A stretch of 63,126 nt of DNA, the filler included, from Octopus bimaculoides (taxonomy: Eukaryota): assembly GCF_001194135.2 (NCBI RefSeq). It is 7 parts of 7 records of this genome, joined end to end, with 100 filler letters (N's around TTAATTAATTAA, not from the genome) between each part and the next. Parts side by side here need not be neighbours in the genome. Positions count along the whole stretch, not along the records: positions 1 to 15,299 come from NC_068983.1; 6 more parts are not named here. The stretch is one strand, 5' to 3'. Under the pieces are notes generated by a model that was not told the DNA's origin, did no database searches, and was given only the letters and a program-made list of their open reading frames with translations. The first letter of the stretch is position 1, and each line of letters opens with the position of its first letter. Of the stretch, positions 1 through 12,839 are shown piece by piece. The position numbers and the translations under genes were made by a program.

Positions 1-20
1 ATATATATATATATATATAT

Positions 21-360
21 AGGATCGCGGTTTCGATTCCCAGACCGGCCGTTGTTAGTGTTTATTGAGCGAAAACTCCTAAAGCTCCACACAGCTCCGG
101 CAGGGGATGATGGCGAACCCTTCTGTACTCTTTCACCACAACTTTCTCTGTCTTTTTTCATCCTGTTTCTGTTGTGCCTGTAATTCAAAGGGTCAGCCTT
201 GTCACACAGTGTCACGCTGAATATCCCCGAGAACTACGTTAAGGGTACACGTGTCTGTGGAGTGCTCAGCCACTTGCAAGTTAATTTCACGAGCAGGCTG
301 TTCCGTTGAACGGATCAACTGGAACCCTCGACGTTGTAAGCGGCGGAGTGCCAACAACAA
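21..360 (+). mobile_element. tRNA-headed SINE, family A
   Basis: B-box-like GTTTCGATTCC; body and tail (tgtaattcaaagggtcagccttgtcac...ggaaccctcgacgttgtaagcggcggagtgcc) homologous to copies at 47074, 48280, 52665, 53478. Confidence 0.85.
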
Positions 361-705
361 TGTACATATATATATAAATATAATATATGTATAACATATA
401 TATACATATACATATATATACACATACACGCACACACACACACACGTATTATATGTATGTATACATATTTCGCTTATGGATTGCGAAACTAAAAGCCTGG
501 TGTAGAGCTCTATATAGCCATGTCTCAGAACAAAGGATTAGGATGAGTATAGAGCGGTAATAAAGAAACAAGAAAAACAGAGACCATCAGGAAAAATAAT
601 CGTCATGTTATGAATTTCATTAACTTACAGCTGTTTCTTCTATGAGATTCTGTAGACCCTTAGTTGAATGCCTGAATAACATGTTATAGCTCGATGTGTG
701 TGTGT

Positions 706-747
<42 letters not shown>

Positions 748-1197
748 NNNNNNNNNNNNNNNNNNNNNNNNNNNNNNNNNNNNNNNNNNNNNNNNNNNNN
801 NNNNNNNNNNNNNNNNNNNNNNNNNNNNNNNNNNNNNNNNNNNNNNNNNNNNNNNNNNNNNNNNNNNNNNNNNNNNNNNNNNNNNNNNNNNNNNNNNNNN
901 NNNNNNNNNNNNNNNNNNNNNNNNNNNNNNNNNNNNNNNNNNNNNNNNNNNNNNNNNNNNNNNNNNNNNNNNNNNNNNNNNNNNNNNNNNNNNNNNNNNN
1001 NNNNNNNNNNNNNNNNNNNNNNNNNNNNNNNNNNNNNNNNNNNNNNNNNNNNNNNNNNNNNNNNNNNNNNNNNNNNNNNNNNNNNNNNNNNNNNNNNNNN
1101 NNNNNNNNNNNNNNNNNNNNNNNNNNNNNNNNNNNNNNNNNNNNNNNNNNNNNNNNNNNNNNNNNNNNNNNNNNNNNNNNNNNNNNNNNNNNNNNNN

Positions 1198-1210
1198 TAT
1201 ATATATATAC

Positions 1211-1283
<73 letters not shown>

Positions 1284-1290
1284 TATATAC
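1198..1290. repeat. (TA)n/(GATA)n microsatellite
   Basis: direct tandem units. Confidence 0.95.
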
Positions 1291-1559
1291 AGCATGTATG
1301 TGTGTCAATGCATATATATCATATGACAAACATCAGAAGAAATTGCGGTATTTTCTTAGCAAATTATTATATTTAATAACTTGATTAACCATCAAATGTT
1401 CCAGATGGAATTCTCATTGGAAACCAAACCGTTTCTAACAAGAAAAGCCATTTCTGAAGGCTGTGAAGTGCCCAATGGTGTCGGTGTTGAAGAGAGAGAT
1501 TTCTCACTGTACCGCGTACCCTCTTCTGCTGTGGGAAATAAATTATTATGAATGTCGAT

Positions 1560-1561
1560 AA

Positions 1562-1600
<39 letters not shown>

Positions 1601-1891
1601 TAATGTATATGCATATATTTATGTAAATAAATACACATACACATATACATTTGTACATTAATACACACAAACACACGCACACACACACACACACACACAC
1701 ACGCGCGCGGATATATACACATAAAAATGTATATATTTGTATGACTTTTACGAATATGAAATACATGTGTATAAAATAAATATGTATAAATACATACACA
1801 CGCATATATATATGCATATATACATTATATATATATATATGTATATATATATATAATTATATATAATTATATACATATATTTATAGGTATG

Positions 1892-1929
<38 letters not shown>

Positions 1930-2796
1930 AACATATATATATATATATACACACACACATATATATTTATATCTCCCTATCTATCTCCCTATCTATATAT
2001 ATATATATAAATATATTTATATCTCTGTATGTGTATATATATCAAAATATACATCCGTACATATAGGTGTTCATATATATTATAAGTGTGTGCTTGTGTG
2101 AATGTATGTAACTGTTCGCGTGCGCACTTTGTTGCCGTATTTTCTAAATTTATCATTTCTATTAAATCTTTTGACATCAATCCGCCCTAGACCACTTCTG
2201 TTTCTTCTGTACAAATATCCCATTTTAAAACTGTCTAAATTAAATTTTCCTGTGAAAATCTCATGCTATGTTAAAAAAATCAATTTCATAATGACAAATC
2301 ATTTTAATGTATTTGTCATTATCTTTTATGTTATTTGAAATAGAATGTGTATGGCAAAAGAAATTTGGTAGCAAAACGTTGCTTTATGAGTAATATCCCT
2401 TTTTAAGTGTTGTCTCATTGTTGTTGAAAATTTTTAAAAAATCTATTCTATTGTTCAGTACTGCACTGAAAAAATGTCTTAAAATACTAGTTGTTCTTGT
2501 ATACACATTTATATACATACATAGAGACAGACTCTCTCTCTCGATTTCTATCTCACACACACAGACATATACACACACACACTCATATCCAGTCATCCAG
2601 TCATTCAACTATGCATATATATATACGCGCATGTCTGTATGTATGCACGTATGTATGTTTGTATGTACGCATGTGTGTATGTATGTATATACATACGCAC
2701 ACATACACACATATGTATATATATATATATGCATATATATAGACAGAGATATGGGAAAAAATATACGTACATAGATCCATAAATACATACACAAAC

Positions 2797-2831
<35 letters not shown>

Positions 2832-3201
2832 CATANNNNNNNNNNNNNNNNNNNNNNNNNNNNNNNNNNNNNNNNNNNNNNNNNNNNNNNNNNNNNNNNN
2901 NNNNNNNNNNNNNNNNNNNNNNNNNNNNNNNNNNNNNNNNNNNNNNNNNNNNNNNNNNNNNNNNNNNNNNNNNNNNNNNNNNNNNNNNNNNNNATATATG
3001 TATATATATATGTATATATATATATGTATATATATATGTATATATATATGTATATATATATGTATATATATATGTATATATATATACGTATATATATATG
3101 TATATATATACGTATATATATATATATATATATATGCATATATATAGACAGAGATATGGGAAAAAATATACGTACATAGATCCATAAATACATACACAAA
3201 C

Positions 3202-3236
<35 letters not shown>

Positions 3237-3735
3237 CATATATATATACATATATATTTATATATACATATATATATACATATATATTTATATATACATA
3301 TATACGTATATATATATATATACACATATATAGATACACACACATATATATATATGTCAAATTCTCTTATACACCAGATGTGCCATCAAAACTCTTGATT
3401 GGACTCTATCAGGTGCAGGAGAAGAGCCATTCAAGGAACGTGAAGAGAGAAAAGCATAAAGATAGAAAATCACGGTGGTGCTCCAGCATGACCACAGCCA
3501 CTTGGCTGAAACCCATAAATAAATAAATAAATACATATATATATATATATATATATATATTACATATATACATACATATATATATATTATACATACATAT
3601 ACATATATACATACATACATACATATATATACATATATACACATATATACATACATACATATATATATACATATATGCACATATGCGTATACGCACATAT
3701 ACATATATAGATACACACACACACATGTATATAGT
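1560..3735. repeat. Compound (CA)n/(TA)n/(TACA)n microsatellite fields with short unique interruptions
   Basis: direct tandem units; source of many spurious Y/I/H/T-rich ORFs. Confidence 0.9.
3365..3535 (+). mobile_element. Probable LINE 3' end sharing its tail with SINE family C
   Basis: ends ggtggtgctccagcatgaccacagccacttggctgaaaccc then (TAAA)n; upstream part is not SINE C sequence. Confidence 0.4.
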
Positions 3736-3869
3736 GTGTGTTTTTGCTATATATTCTGGTCCTTTTTTCTTTTCCAAATTTTATTCTATATTTACATAGG
3801 AAAAAACTTGAGCTAAATAGTTTCTACATGGTTTTTTGACTTGCTTATGTTTAGCAGTATAGTATATCT

Positions 3870-3934
<65 letters not shown>

Positions 3935-4169
3935 TTATATATATTCATTTTAATGCTACCCATGAAATATATCAATCATAATGTTATATGCTCAGGGTAC
4001 TTAATATAGTGGTGTTTAGATCCGATGTCATTAGTTACACTAGTCTATAACATGGCCGTTGGTCGATCTCTGTCTTACTCTATTAACTCTGTTGTATCTC
4101 ATCCGTTCTTCTATACATTGATGGCTTTCAAAAATTCTTATATCTAACCAGTTGTCAAGAGCAGAAACT

Positions 4170-4420
4170 CCGAAAAACTCCAAAGCAGTTACGACGACCT
4201 AGTCTCCTTCAACAACTTACACATGATCTATATAGCTTACATTTATAAGGAGGAAGACTTGTACTCCACATTTCGTTACACACGAGGAACACTAATCTAA
4301 ATCTTTTCAAACTGTTATATACATTAGCAATTGATCACAAACTATTTGTGAAAAGAGCACCCAGAAAGCTTGGATTCTTGTCCTGGCCAAGAAAATACTT
4401 CAACTCTGATCTTAAATGTG
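4170..4420 (+). mobile_element. Highly decayed CR1/L2-like C-terminal fragment
   Basis: broken frame SYDDLVSF...FRYTRG loosely resembling the CR1 post-RT region. Confidence 0.25.
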
Positions 4421-6579
4421 TTTCATTGCTACAACCCACAAACTGAAGAAACCTTTCCAGAAATGTAAAATTGTTTGTTTTTCTTTCTGTTACCCATGTT
4501 GAGCATGCAAAAACTGTATATACATTATTTTCTTACCTCTTCGTCGGATTAAGCAATAAAAGAAAGATTTATCTTAAGCTGAAGGTAACCGCTAATATAT
4601 TTTGAATCAACTATTATACTACAAGGGGGTAAAGAGTCTAGAAATTTATGGGAAAACAGTGAAAGCTTTTCAGCTGAGAGTGGTTTGGAAAATAATAAAA
4701 CCACGTACTTCTGACCAGACTGCAATCCATCAAATATCTTGGTCGTGTGTAATTCAAAGACACATAGAATGCCGGATTTTAGGCGAAATCGAATGCCAAC
4801 GAATGGAAAAAATTGACGACTAATAAACATGATGCATGTTAAGGTTGTTTGTGAGAAAAAAGAATATTTCATGTTTCGGTTTGAGTTTTTTTAATGGAGT
4901 GTATAAATACAAGAAATTTCATCTTTGTCATATTTGGCTAGCTAGATTTCTTTCTTCTTACATGCAGCAGAACGGTTTGAAAAGCAGTTTCATCGAACTT
5001 GGAGTTAGATGCAAAAGTTAATAGCAGGTAATGCAGAGAATAATAGAATAAAGAATGAGAGAATAGAAAATTAGGGAGATAGCCGGAATAAACAGAGTGA
5101 AGGCAGAGTGAGATTTAATTTTTACTCTATTGATTCTTTTAAATACAAGTCTCTACTGTAAGCTTCGCTGGAAAGATTTGACAAAATTCAAGCGGAATTC
5201 ATAAACCATTGAGCAATTGTGTTATGGATGGTTGTGTTTAACCCCAGGTCATTGCACACCGAGCAAACTAATGATCAAAAGTGCTTACTCCATGGTAGCA
5301 GTGTTCTTCTCTTGGTCAATGCAAACTAGAACTATATTATCCAATGTGTCTTTCCTTTTTAACTTTTCGCAACTGTAAAGTGTAATTTGAGAGAAAGTTG
5401 ACAGCTATTTCTAACAGTTCGAGTAACCTCATAAAGACTCCCTTATTGCTTCACTGTGGGGACAAACAAAGTAAGTGACTGCGAATAGGGTTTATAATTC
5501 AGTAAAGGAGACGCAGGAATATTGGACGCCTTCGTTAAAAGGAATTCTCAATGAATGCATATAATGTCCTGCTCGGCAGACATGCAAGTGATGAAAGGAT
5601 ATTCATGTCAAGTTTGCGTGTGTATGAGTGTGCACGTGTGTATGTGTGTGTATGCATGTGTTGAGAGAGAGAGAGAGAGAGACTGAAAGAGAAACGGTAA
5701 GTTGGATGGACACAAAGGTGTTTGGAGCGTGCAATATGTATAGAAGGAAATAAAAGTGAAAGTGGCGTGTCGAGAGGGCAACTCCGAGGTGTGAATGGAT
5801 CCGGTCTGTGTGGAACTGGGAGATAAAAGAAACAACAATGTCCTGTTAAAAGGGAAGCAGAAAATGCCATGCTCGACGTAAGGGATGATATGGAGCTTAG
5901 TGAGAGAGAGAGAGAGAGAGAGAGAATTGGGTGGATGTAGGAGAGGGGAATTAATGATGCGTGGAAGGAAATCTGGTGAGCTTTGGGATGGATACTGCAA
6001 GGGAACACAAAGGAACTAGGGCTTTAGAAGTATAACAATAAAATTTTCTGTGGATGGCTAAGCTAAGCTGTAACATGCATTCTAAGCAAAATTTGTTCCA
6101 TCATTAACATGCAGAAACAAATATGTATGTTTGTGTGTGGCTCTGTGTGTGTGTATGTGAGAGTGTGTTATAGAGACTGGATGAAGTTAAGAAAAATGAA
6201 AGTGATATCAGATGTATGCAGGCTTAAGGAAAGAAGACAAAGGACGAGAAGAACAGTTTAGCCTTCGCTGTCTGGGTGTAAAATACTTGCTGGGGAAATC
6301 AAAAATCAAAAAAAGGCCTAACAATAAACCGATGGTCATAAGCATCAATATGACAACAAATCAAGGAGAGACTTGAGAATGGGAAATGCGATGTAATAGA
6401 AATAAAACCAGATGGGGCAAAAATAAAAAGAAAAAAAATTAGAAAAGGAAAATGGCTGTTATTGAAAATAGAAAAAGAATGCAATGAGCTGGGATTCCAA
6501 ATATCATAGAAGATAAAAAGAAAAATTGTCATTGCTTGGAAAGTTATATATATATATGTATGTATGTATGTATGTATGA

Positions 6580-6659
<80 letters not shown>

Positions 6660-6989
6660 TAGAAAGTGAAGGACCGTGAGAATTAAGGATTACGAAGAGA
6701 CTGACGAAGCATGGAATGTGAGCAGTTGAAAGGCTCAGTTTTCTGCAAAAGAGAAATAATGTTGAGAAAGGTTGTGTCCAGAGCTCCTGTCCAAATAGAA
6801 CCATCTTTCCATGTTCGTTTTTTTATTTTTTTATATTATTATTTTTTTTTTTACAAGCCTTTCTTTAAATTCCACACATGTACTGCTTTACTTCCTGTAC
6901 CTATTACAGCATCTCCTCGCCTTCCTCCTCCTCCTGTTACTAATAATAATGTTTCTTTCTACTGTTAGTATAAGGCCTAAAATAAACTA

Positions 6990-7770
6990 AGTATCAGTAC
7001 TCAACTGCTACTTATTTTATCGACCCCAAAAGATTAAAAAGGCAAAATCAGCCACAGCAGAATTTGAACGCAGAATACAAAAATGGACAAAATTCTCCCC
7101 AGTATTATGTCTTGTGCTGTAACGATTCTGCCAGCCCGCTACCTTCTTTCTACTAAATTTGACTTCGGCGGGTTTTTGGACTAAGCGTGTAAAGAGCTGG
7201 AACAAATACCGCAAAGTAACTTTATCCGACGCTCAAACGATTGTTCCAATCTTACGCCATTTTGTTTTTTCTAATACAAGTACAACGCCTGAAATTTTGT
7301 GGGTGGGAAATAGTCGATTATATGGACCCTAGTACTTGACTGGTACTTTACTTTATTGACACTAGAGCAGTGCTCCGCAACCAGTATGCTGCGGCACACC
7401 GGTGTGTCACGAGACGATGCTAGGTGCGCCGCAGTGTTACCTGAATATAATTTTTTCCACTATACTTTTAGTTATATCTTTAGTTCGGGTGTGCCGCCGA
7501 ATTTTGAAAAGAATATAAGTATGCCACAAGTGAAAAAAGGTTGTGGAGCACTGCATTAGAGGCAAAGCTGACTATGATGTGATTTGAACTCAGTTCGTAA
7601 GAAACAGGAAAAAATATCGCAAGACAATTTTGCCTGATGCTCTAACGATTCTGCTAATTAAGAATAATAATTAAATGGCTATATATTCTAAATTTCTAAC
7701 ATAGTGTCAAATTTGAGGGGAGGAGTACAACGAATTCAATCAGCCACAGAACATGACTAGTGCTTGGTGG
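6990..7770 (-). mobile_element. Cluster of 3-4 same-orientation SINE family D copies (Nin/Deu-like domain)
   Basis: repeated tggtacttattttatcgacccc...ggcaaagtcgac...atttgaactcag motif; A/B boxes on minus strand. Confidence 0.8.
7368..7553. mobile_element. hAT (Charlie-like) MITE inside a SINE D copy
   Basis: TIR CAGTGCTCCGCAACC / GGTTGTGGAGCACTG (14/15); 8-bp TSD CACTAGAG / CATTAGAG. Confidence 0.9.
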
Positions 7771-7812
7771 TATCGATTTTAGAATAATGAGTTGGGCATG
7801 TATGTATGTATG

Positions 7813-7918
7813 CATGTTTTATGTATGTATTCTCATGCATATAGTTACATATCTAGACATGCTCATATATATTTAAATGATAATCTGGAAAGTTTTACAG
7901 ATTTTTACAGTCCCAGTA
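7813..7918 (-). mobile_element. Short 3' fragment of the RLE retrotransposon family seen at 35754
   Basis: reverse complement matches ~36215-36320; flanked both sides by (TATG)n. Confidence 0.8.
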
Positions 7919-8054
7919 GTATGTATGTATGTATGTATGTATGTATAGGTACCCTAATACGGATCCCTAGATCCAATCTCAGCTGTGAACTTGGAACCTA
8001 ACGGACGACCAGCTGTAATACTTACACAGCATGAACTAGACCTCTCATATTCCT

Positions 8055-8094
<40 letters not shown>

Positions 8095-9149
8095 CATATG
8101 TGCATGTATGTATGTATATGACGAGAAGGAAACAGCATTGACGATATCGCTGTATTTTCTGAGTGGATAAAAAAAAAAAATGAGATACTTCTCGAAGTAC
8201 AAGGGATGAAACGGCAAAAATTCTAAGCGATTCGGTTTTTGTAGAACTTTGAAGTCAGTGGTTCAGAGATTGAGTCGTCGTTTGAGGCAGCGCTGGTTGT
8301 TTGTGATTGAATCCAATGCCATGAATATAAATGGCAGCCAAAGATACGCTGCTTGAACACAGAGGAATCGGCTCAAAGACTAACTGAATTGAATATCTGA
8401 AAGTCTGTTTGTGTATGTATATATGTATGCATCGTATGTATGTATGTATGTATGTGTGTGTGTGTGTGTGTGTGTCTGCGTGTGTATGCATATGTAGGTG
8501 TGTGCGTGTGTTTCTCTGTGTGTCTGTCCGAGAGAGAGGGAGAGAGAGGGGAGAGAAGAGAAGAAAGGAAAACGTGACAACGCTATACTATATGAATGCT
8601 TGCATATATCATACGCATATATATATATAAAATATAATACATACATATATATATGTATATATACATACATATATATATATATACATATATGTATATACAT
8701 ATACATACACATATATACATATATATATTTTGTAAGTATGTATATATGTATGTATGTGTCTATCTTTCTATATGTATCTATATGGATATAGATATGCAAA
8801 CATATACACATATAGTAAATAATTTTAAATGTATATATTTAATAAACATACATTTAATATCGCAGTGTCTGTCAAGAGGAGGAATGGCTAAAATGCTAGG
8901 CTCTCCCTCCTTCTTCCTTCTCACTCTCTCTCTCTCTCTCTCTCTCTCTTTTATTTTCTCTCTCTTTCTATCTCTCACTCTCTGTCTCTCTCTGCTCAAC
9001 GGAATAGGGAAATGCTCTACAAGAGCAGTTTCGTCCGGTTTTTAGTGACTTCTTAAGATTTCCTGGCCCTTGCTGCCGCATAGAGGTAATGAGAGCTAAT
9101 AAGCACTTATCAAAATCTTATAAAGGACATTCATCGCATTGATTTCATT

Positions 9150-9320
9150 CAGTTGCATATATTCATTCTCTTTTTTATTTTCTCTTATTCCTTTCTGCTA
9201 AAGAGCGTAGGCTCGAAACGTAAAAGGCTTTCTCACTTTCCCGAGCGTCAGACTGATACACCTGCATTTTGTTCATACACCTACCTTCGTCTTTTGTCTT
9301 TCTGTAAATTTCAAGTACAC
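9150..9320 (+). mobile_element. Penelope-like pLTR remnant, copy 1 of 3
   Basis: homologous to 55340-55505 and 61262-61435(-); contains hammerhead-like motif; ends in (CA)n. Confidence 0.7.
9190..9227 (+). ncRNA. Minimal type I hammerhead-like motif, variant core
   Basis: CCTTT-CTGCTAA-A-GAGC gtag GCTC-GAAA-CG-TA-AAAGG: 5-bp helix I, 4-bp helix II, core deviates at positions 6 and 8. Confidence 0.5.
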
Positions 9321-9322
9321 AT

Positions 9323-9361
<39 letters not shown>

Positions 9362-9890
9362 CACATATATATATATATTTGTATACACACACACACACAC
9401 GTAACATATACATATATACATACTGATTTGGAGCAATGGATCTATCACACAATTGTTTTTACTGTTACTACAATTATAGCCCTCCCCTCCACTACTATAA
9501 CCACCACCACCACCTCTACTACTACTACCTCTACTACTGCTGCTGCTGCTGCTGCTGCTGTTACCACTGCTGCTGTCACTGCCGCTGCTGTTGCACAAGC
9601 ATTATGACATTACCAATATTACAACTGCTTCTACAACAATTGTTGTTGTTGGCTATGATGACGATGATTCTACTCACACACACACACACACACACACACA
9701 GGCACACACAAACACACACACAGATATACAATTTCTTTTTGGAATTGTGAATCTCGAAGCAGATAAAGCTACAAATAATAGCGTGTAAGTATTGGGTTAA
9801 AAAAAAAACCTTTGGAGAGAAAAGTCAAAGGCTGCATGCATACATACATACATGTGTTTGTGTGTGAGTGTGTGTGTATATATACAAATA

Positions 9891-9921
<31 letters not shown>

Positions 9922-10171
9922 TAATGTCACCACTATTGCTATTGATGAAGATAAGAAACCTTTGATCACACATTTCCTATTGTCTCCACCCTGATACTAT
10001 TTCACACAATACTTCCAGTGCCATTCCCCTCTCTGAAATATCACCGGAATTATCTCCTTTCATTTCAAAGTAATCCATTTTTACCATTTCCTCTGACTTC
10101 TTCCCTCTTGACTGACCCTAAATGGTTACACTATCTGCTAAATAATAACAGCTACATCTCCAATTTTTACG

Positions 10172-10212
<41 letters not shown>

Positions 10213-10234
10213 TCACATTAGTCCGTAATATTAT

Positions 10235-10760
10235 TTTCTACTCTAGACACAAAGCTCGAAATTTTGGGGTAGGTGGCCAGTCGATTAGATCGACCCCAGT
10301 ACGACCTCGAAAGGATGAAAGGCAAAGTCGACCTCGGCTGAATTTGAACTCAGAACATAAAGACAGACGAAATACCGCTAAGCATTTCACCCGGCGTGCT
10401 AACGTTTCGGCCAGTTCGCCACCTTGTTAGTCCATGATATTCTATGAGATCACACAGTCTTGTTTGGAACATCTCTTTTCAAAGATCCGCTCCATGAGGA
10501 TTGACTCAGAGTTGAGGTGGGTGTACACAACAGCAATAATAACAACGGTTTAAATGTTTGGCACAAGGCCAGCAATTTCGGGGGGGGGGGGGCTAAGTCA
10601 ATTAGATCGACCTCAGTGTTCATCTGGTACTATTTTATGAACCCCGAAACGATGAAATGCAAAGTCGATCTCAGCGGAATTTGAGCTCACAACATAAAGA
10701 TGGATGAAATGCCGTTATTCATTTTGCTCGGCGTACTAGCGATTATGCTAGCTCATCCTC
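10235..10760 (-). mobile_element. Two tandem SINE family D copies
   Basis: gatcgaccccagt...gaaaggatgaaaggcaaagtcgacctcggc...tttgaactcagaac occurs twice. Confidence 0.85.
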
Positions 10761-12174
10761 TTCACAATAGTAATAATAATAATTATAACAATGAGGCGGC
10801 AATCATGTGGTTTCTCTATCTCCTAGAAATAATAGTGAAATCTCTTTAAATTACATACATGTGCCCTCTCGAAGAAGACGGCGCGTTGATGAACTAGAAT
10901 CTAAAGGACAGCTTGTTCATAGGCGATCTTCAATAGCATAGGCATAAAGGCCACAAATCAAAGCACAAACTACATGTGCCCAAATATAGCAGTTATTAGC
11001 TTGGCAGTATTATCAACTTCATTAGTCCTTTACGAACACAGGGAAACCAATCAAGCACTTAGCGGAAGTTATGTTCTTCATCGATCACCGGTGGATGATT
11101 ATGATGATGATGATAATGATGATGATGATGATATATATACATAAGTACGGCTTTATATCAAACATAAGTAGACAGACACTTTTTTAATTTGTACTTATGA
11201 GATAAAATACAAACGTACACACAAAAATATTCTTAAGTTATACGCTTTAGATATTTTAACGGTTTATTCCCAAGAAATAAACGAAAATCAATTTAACGAC
11301 TTTTTTCCCGAAATGGTTTAAATGGCCCTCTGACGATGCTATAACTTTAGATCCAGCTCAGTTACAGATCATGTCATTTGCCAAATAAACACAACTCCGT
11401 AACTCTATATATTTTCTGTGTCATATACATTCATTAATTGCATTATAAATGAACAGTGTTATGTTTCATGTATAGTTTATCTGAAAGAAGATATACACAT
11501 TTGTTTGAAACAAGATATACTACATCGCAGTTCTCATATATATTAACGTATGTGGACGTGTATGTATATAGATTAGTACATACATACATACATACATACA
11601 TTATATATATATATATATATATATATGCACGTAAATACACATACACATAACTGATAAATTCATTGTCATTTCTTTTATAAAAATCCATTTGATGTGTGCT
11701 AAGTTTAACAACAGCAAGAGATGCAGATGTAACCCATAATTTCTGTTTTCTGGGTGATCTGAAGATCTGAACTGAAAATATTTACAATACTTTAAAGCAA
11801 CTGAATTTAAGCTTTCAGCTGATAAAGAGGTGAATTTGGGTGTCCACAATGTTCATATTTGATAACTGAACATAGAAAACGGAGAAAAAGCTATTTCCCA
11901 AATCGAAAACCTTTACACCATTTATCTTTCTGTCAACCTTACTCCCCATAGTTTGTGCTACACATACACTAGTGTATGTAGTATGGTATACATACTACAC
12001 ATACAAGAGATGTATTGCACAAAGGCGCTGTGAACAAAGAGTAACCAATGAATATTATATCAAACTTTATATGAAATATGCCAGAGCTATCCTCTTACAA
12101 CAGGACAATATCCCCAACTGCACTTGAAGAAATAGTTTTGATATACATACAAAAAATTCGCTCCGTAGACATTC

Positions 12175-12305
12175 CTTTCTACTTTACGCAGATGGCCTGA
12201 AAAGGTGAAGGGCAAAGTCGACCCGGCAGAATTTGAACCTCGAACATAAAGACTGACGAAATGCCGCTCAGCGGTTTATCCTGCGTGCTAACGATTCTGC
12301 CATTA
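12175..12305 (-). mobile_element. SINE family D 5' part
   Basis: ggcaaagtcgacccggcagaatttgaacc...tgctaacgattctgcc. Confidence 0.8.
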
Positions 12306-12807
12306 AAGAATATAAAGTTCGCACACCAACTAGAAGCCTCCATGGAAATAGTGAAATTGATAGAAAATAGGGAGAAATATCAGTGCAGACAACCTTTAAG
12401 TACCGTATGGTATAAAACTTGTTAAACTTAGTAGCAAAAACAAATATAAGCCGGTGGTGAACTCTCCAAAAAGTATTCATTTCTTTTTGAATCTCCATGC
12501 ACTCTCAGAATCGTTGCTCAACTAAAACTCAACAAAAACCTTGATAAGAGATGCTCTGTATGCCATGACAAAAGTTATGCATGGGTTTGCTTCTAAAATT
12601 GACACGAAGTGTAGCTTCTTTTGAACTCTCGACTGTTATATGCGACGTCATATTTCGAAGTTGGTGCTTTTGCAAATTAAGGACAAGAGATAATTACAAA
12701 ATATCTGTTGAACAAAAGTAACAGAGAAGTCTTTAAATCCATTAATATGCGACAGAATACAGAGATTATCAGAAACACATACACAAACATATGTATGTTG
12801 GTATATT

Positions 12808-12839
<32 letters not shown>

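Noticed and set aside
610-675. Hammerhead-like GAAACAGCTGTAAG on the minus strand
   Set aside because: No recognisable CUGANGA at the right spacing; at best a decayed PLE relic.
2725-3240. ~110-bp direct repeat (2725-2835 / 3130-3240)
   Set aside because: Identical sequence either side of a gap; probable assembly duplication.
640-3777. Long ORFs rich in Y/I/H/T/C/V or X throughout the window
   Set aside because: Translations of dinucleotide repeats and N gaps.
4560-4830. Helitron-like inter-domain peptide (SRNLWENSESFSAE)
   Set aside because: Resemblance too weak without a search.
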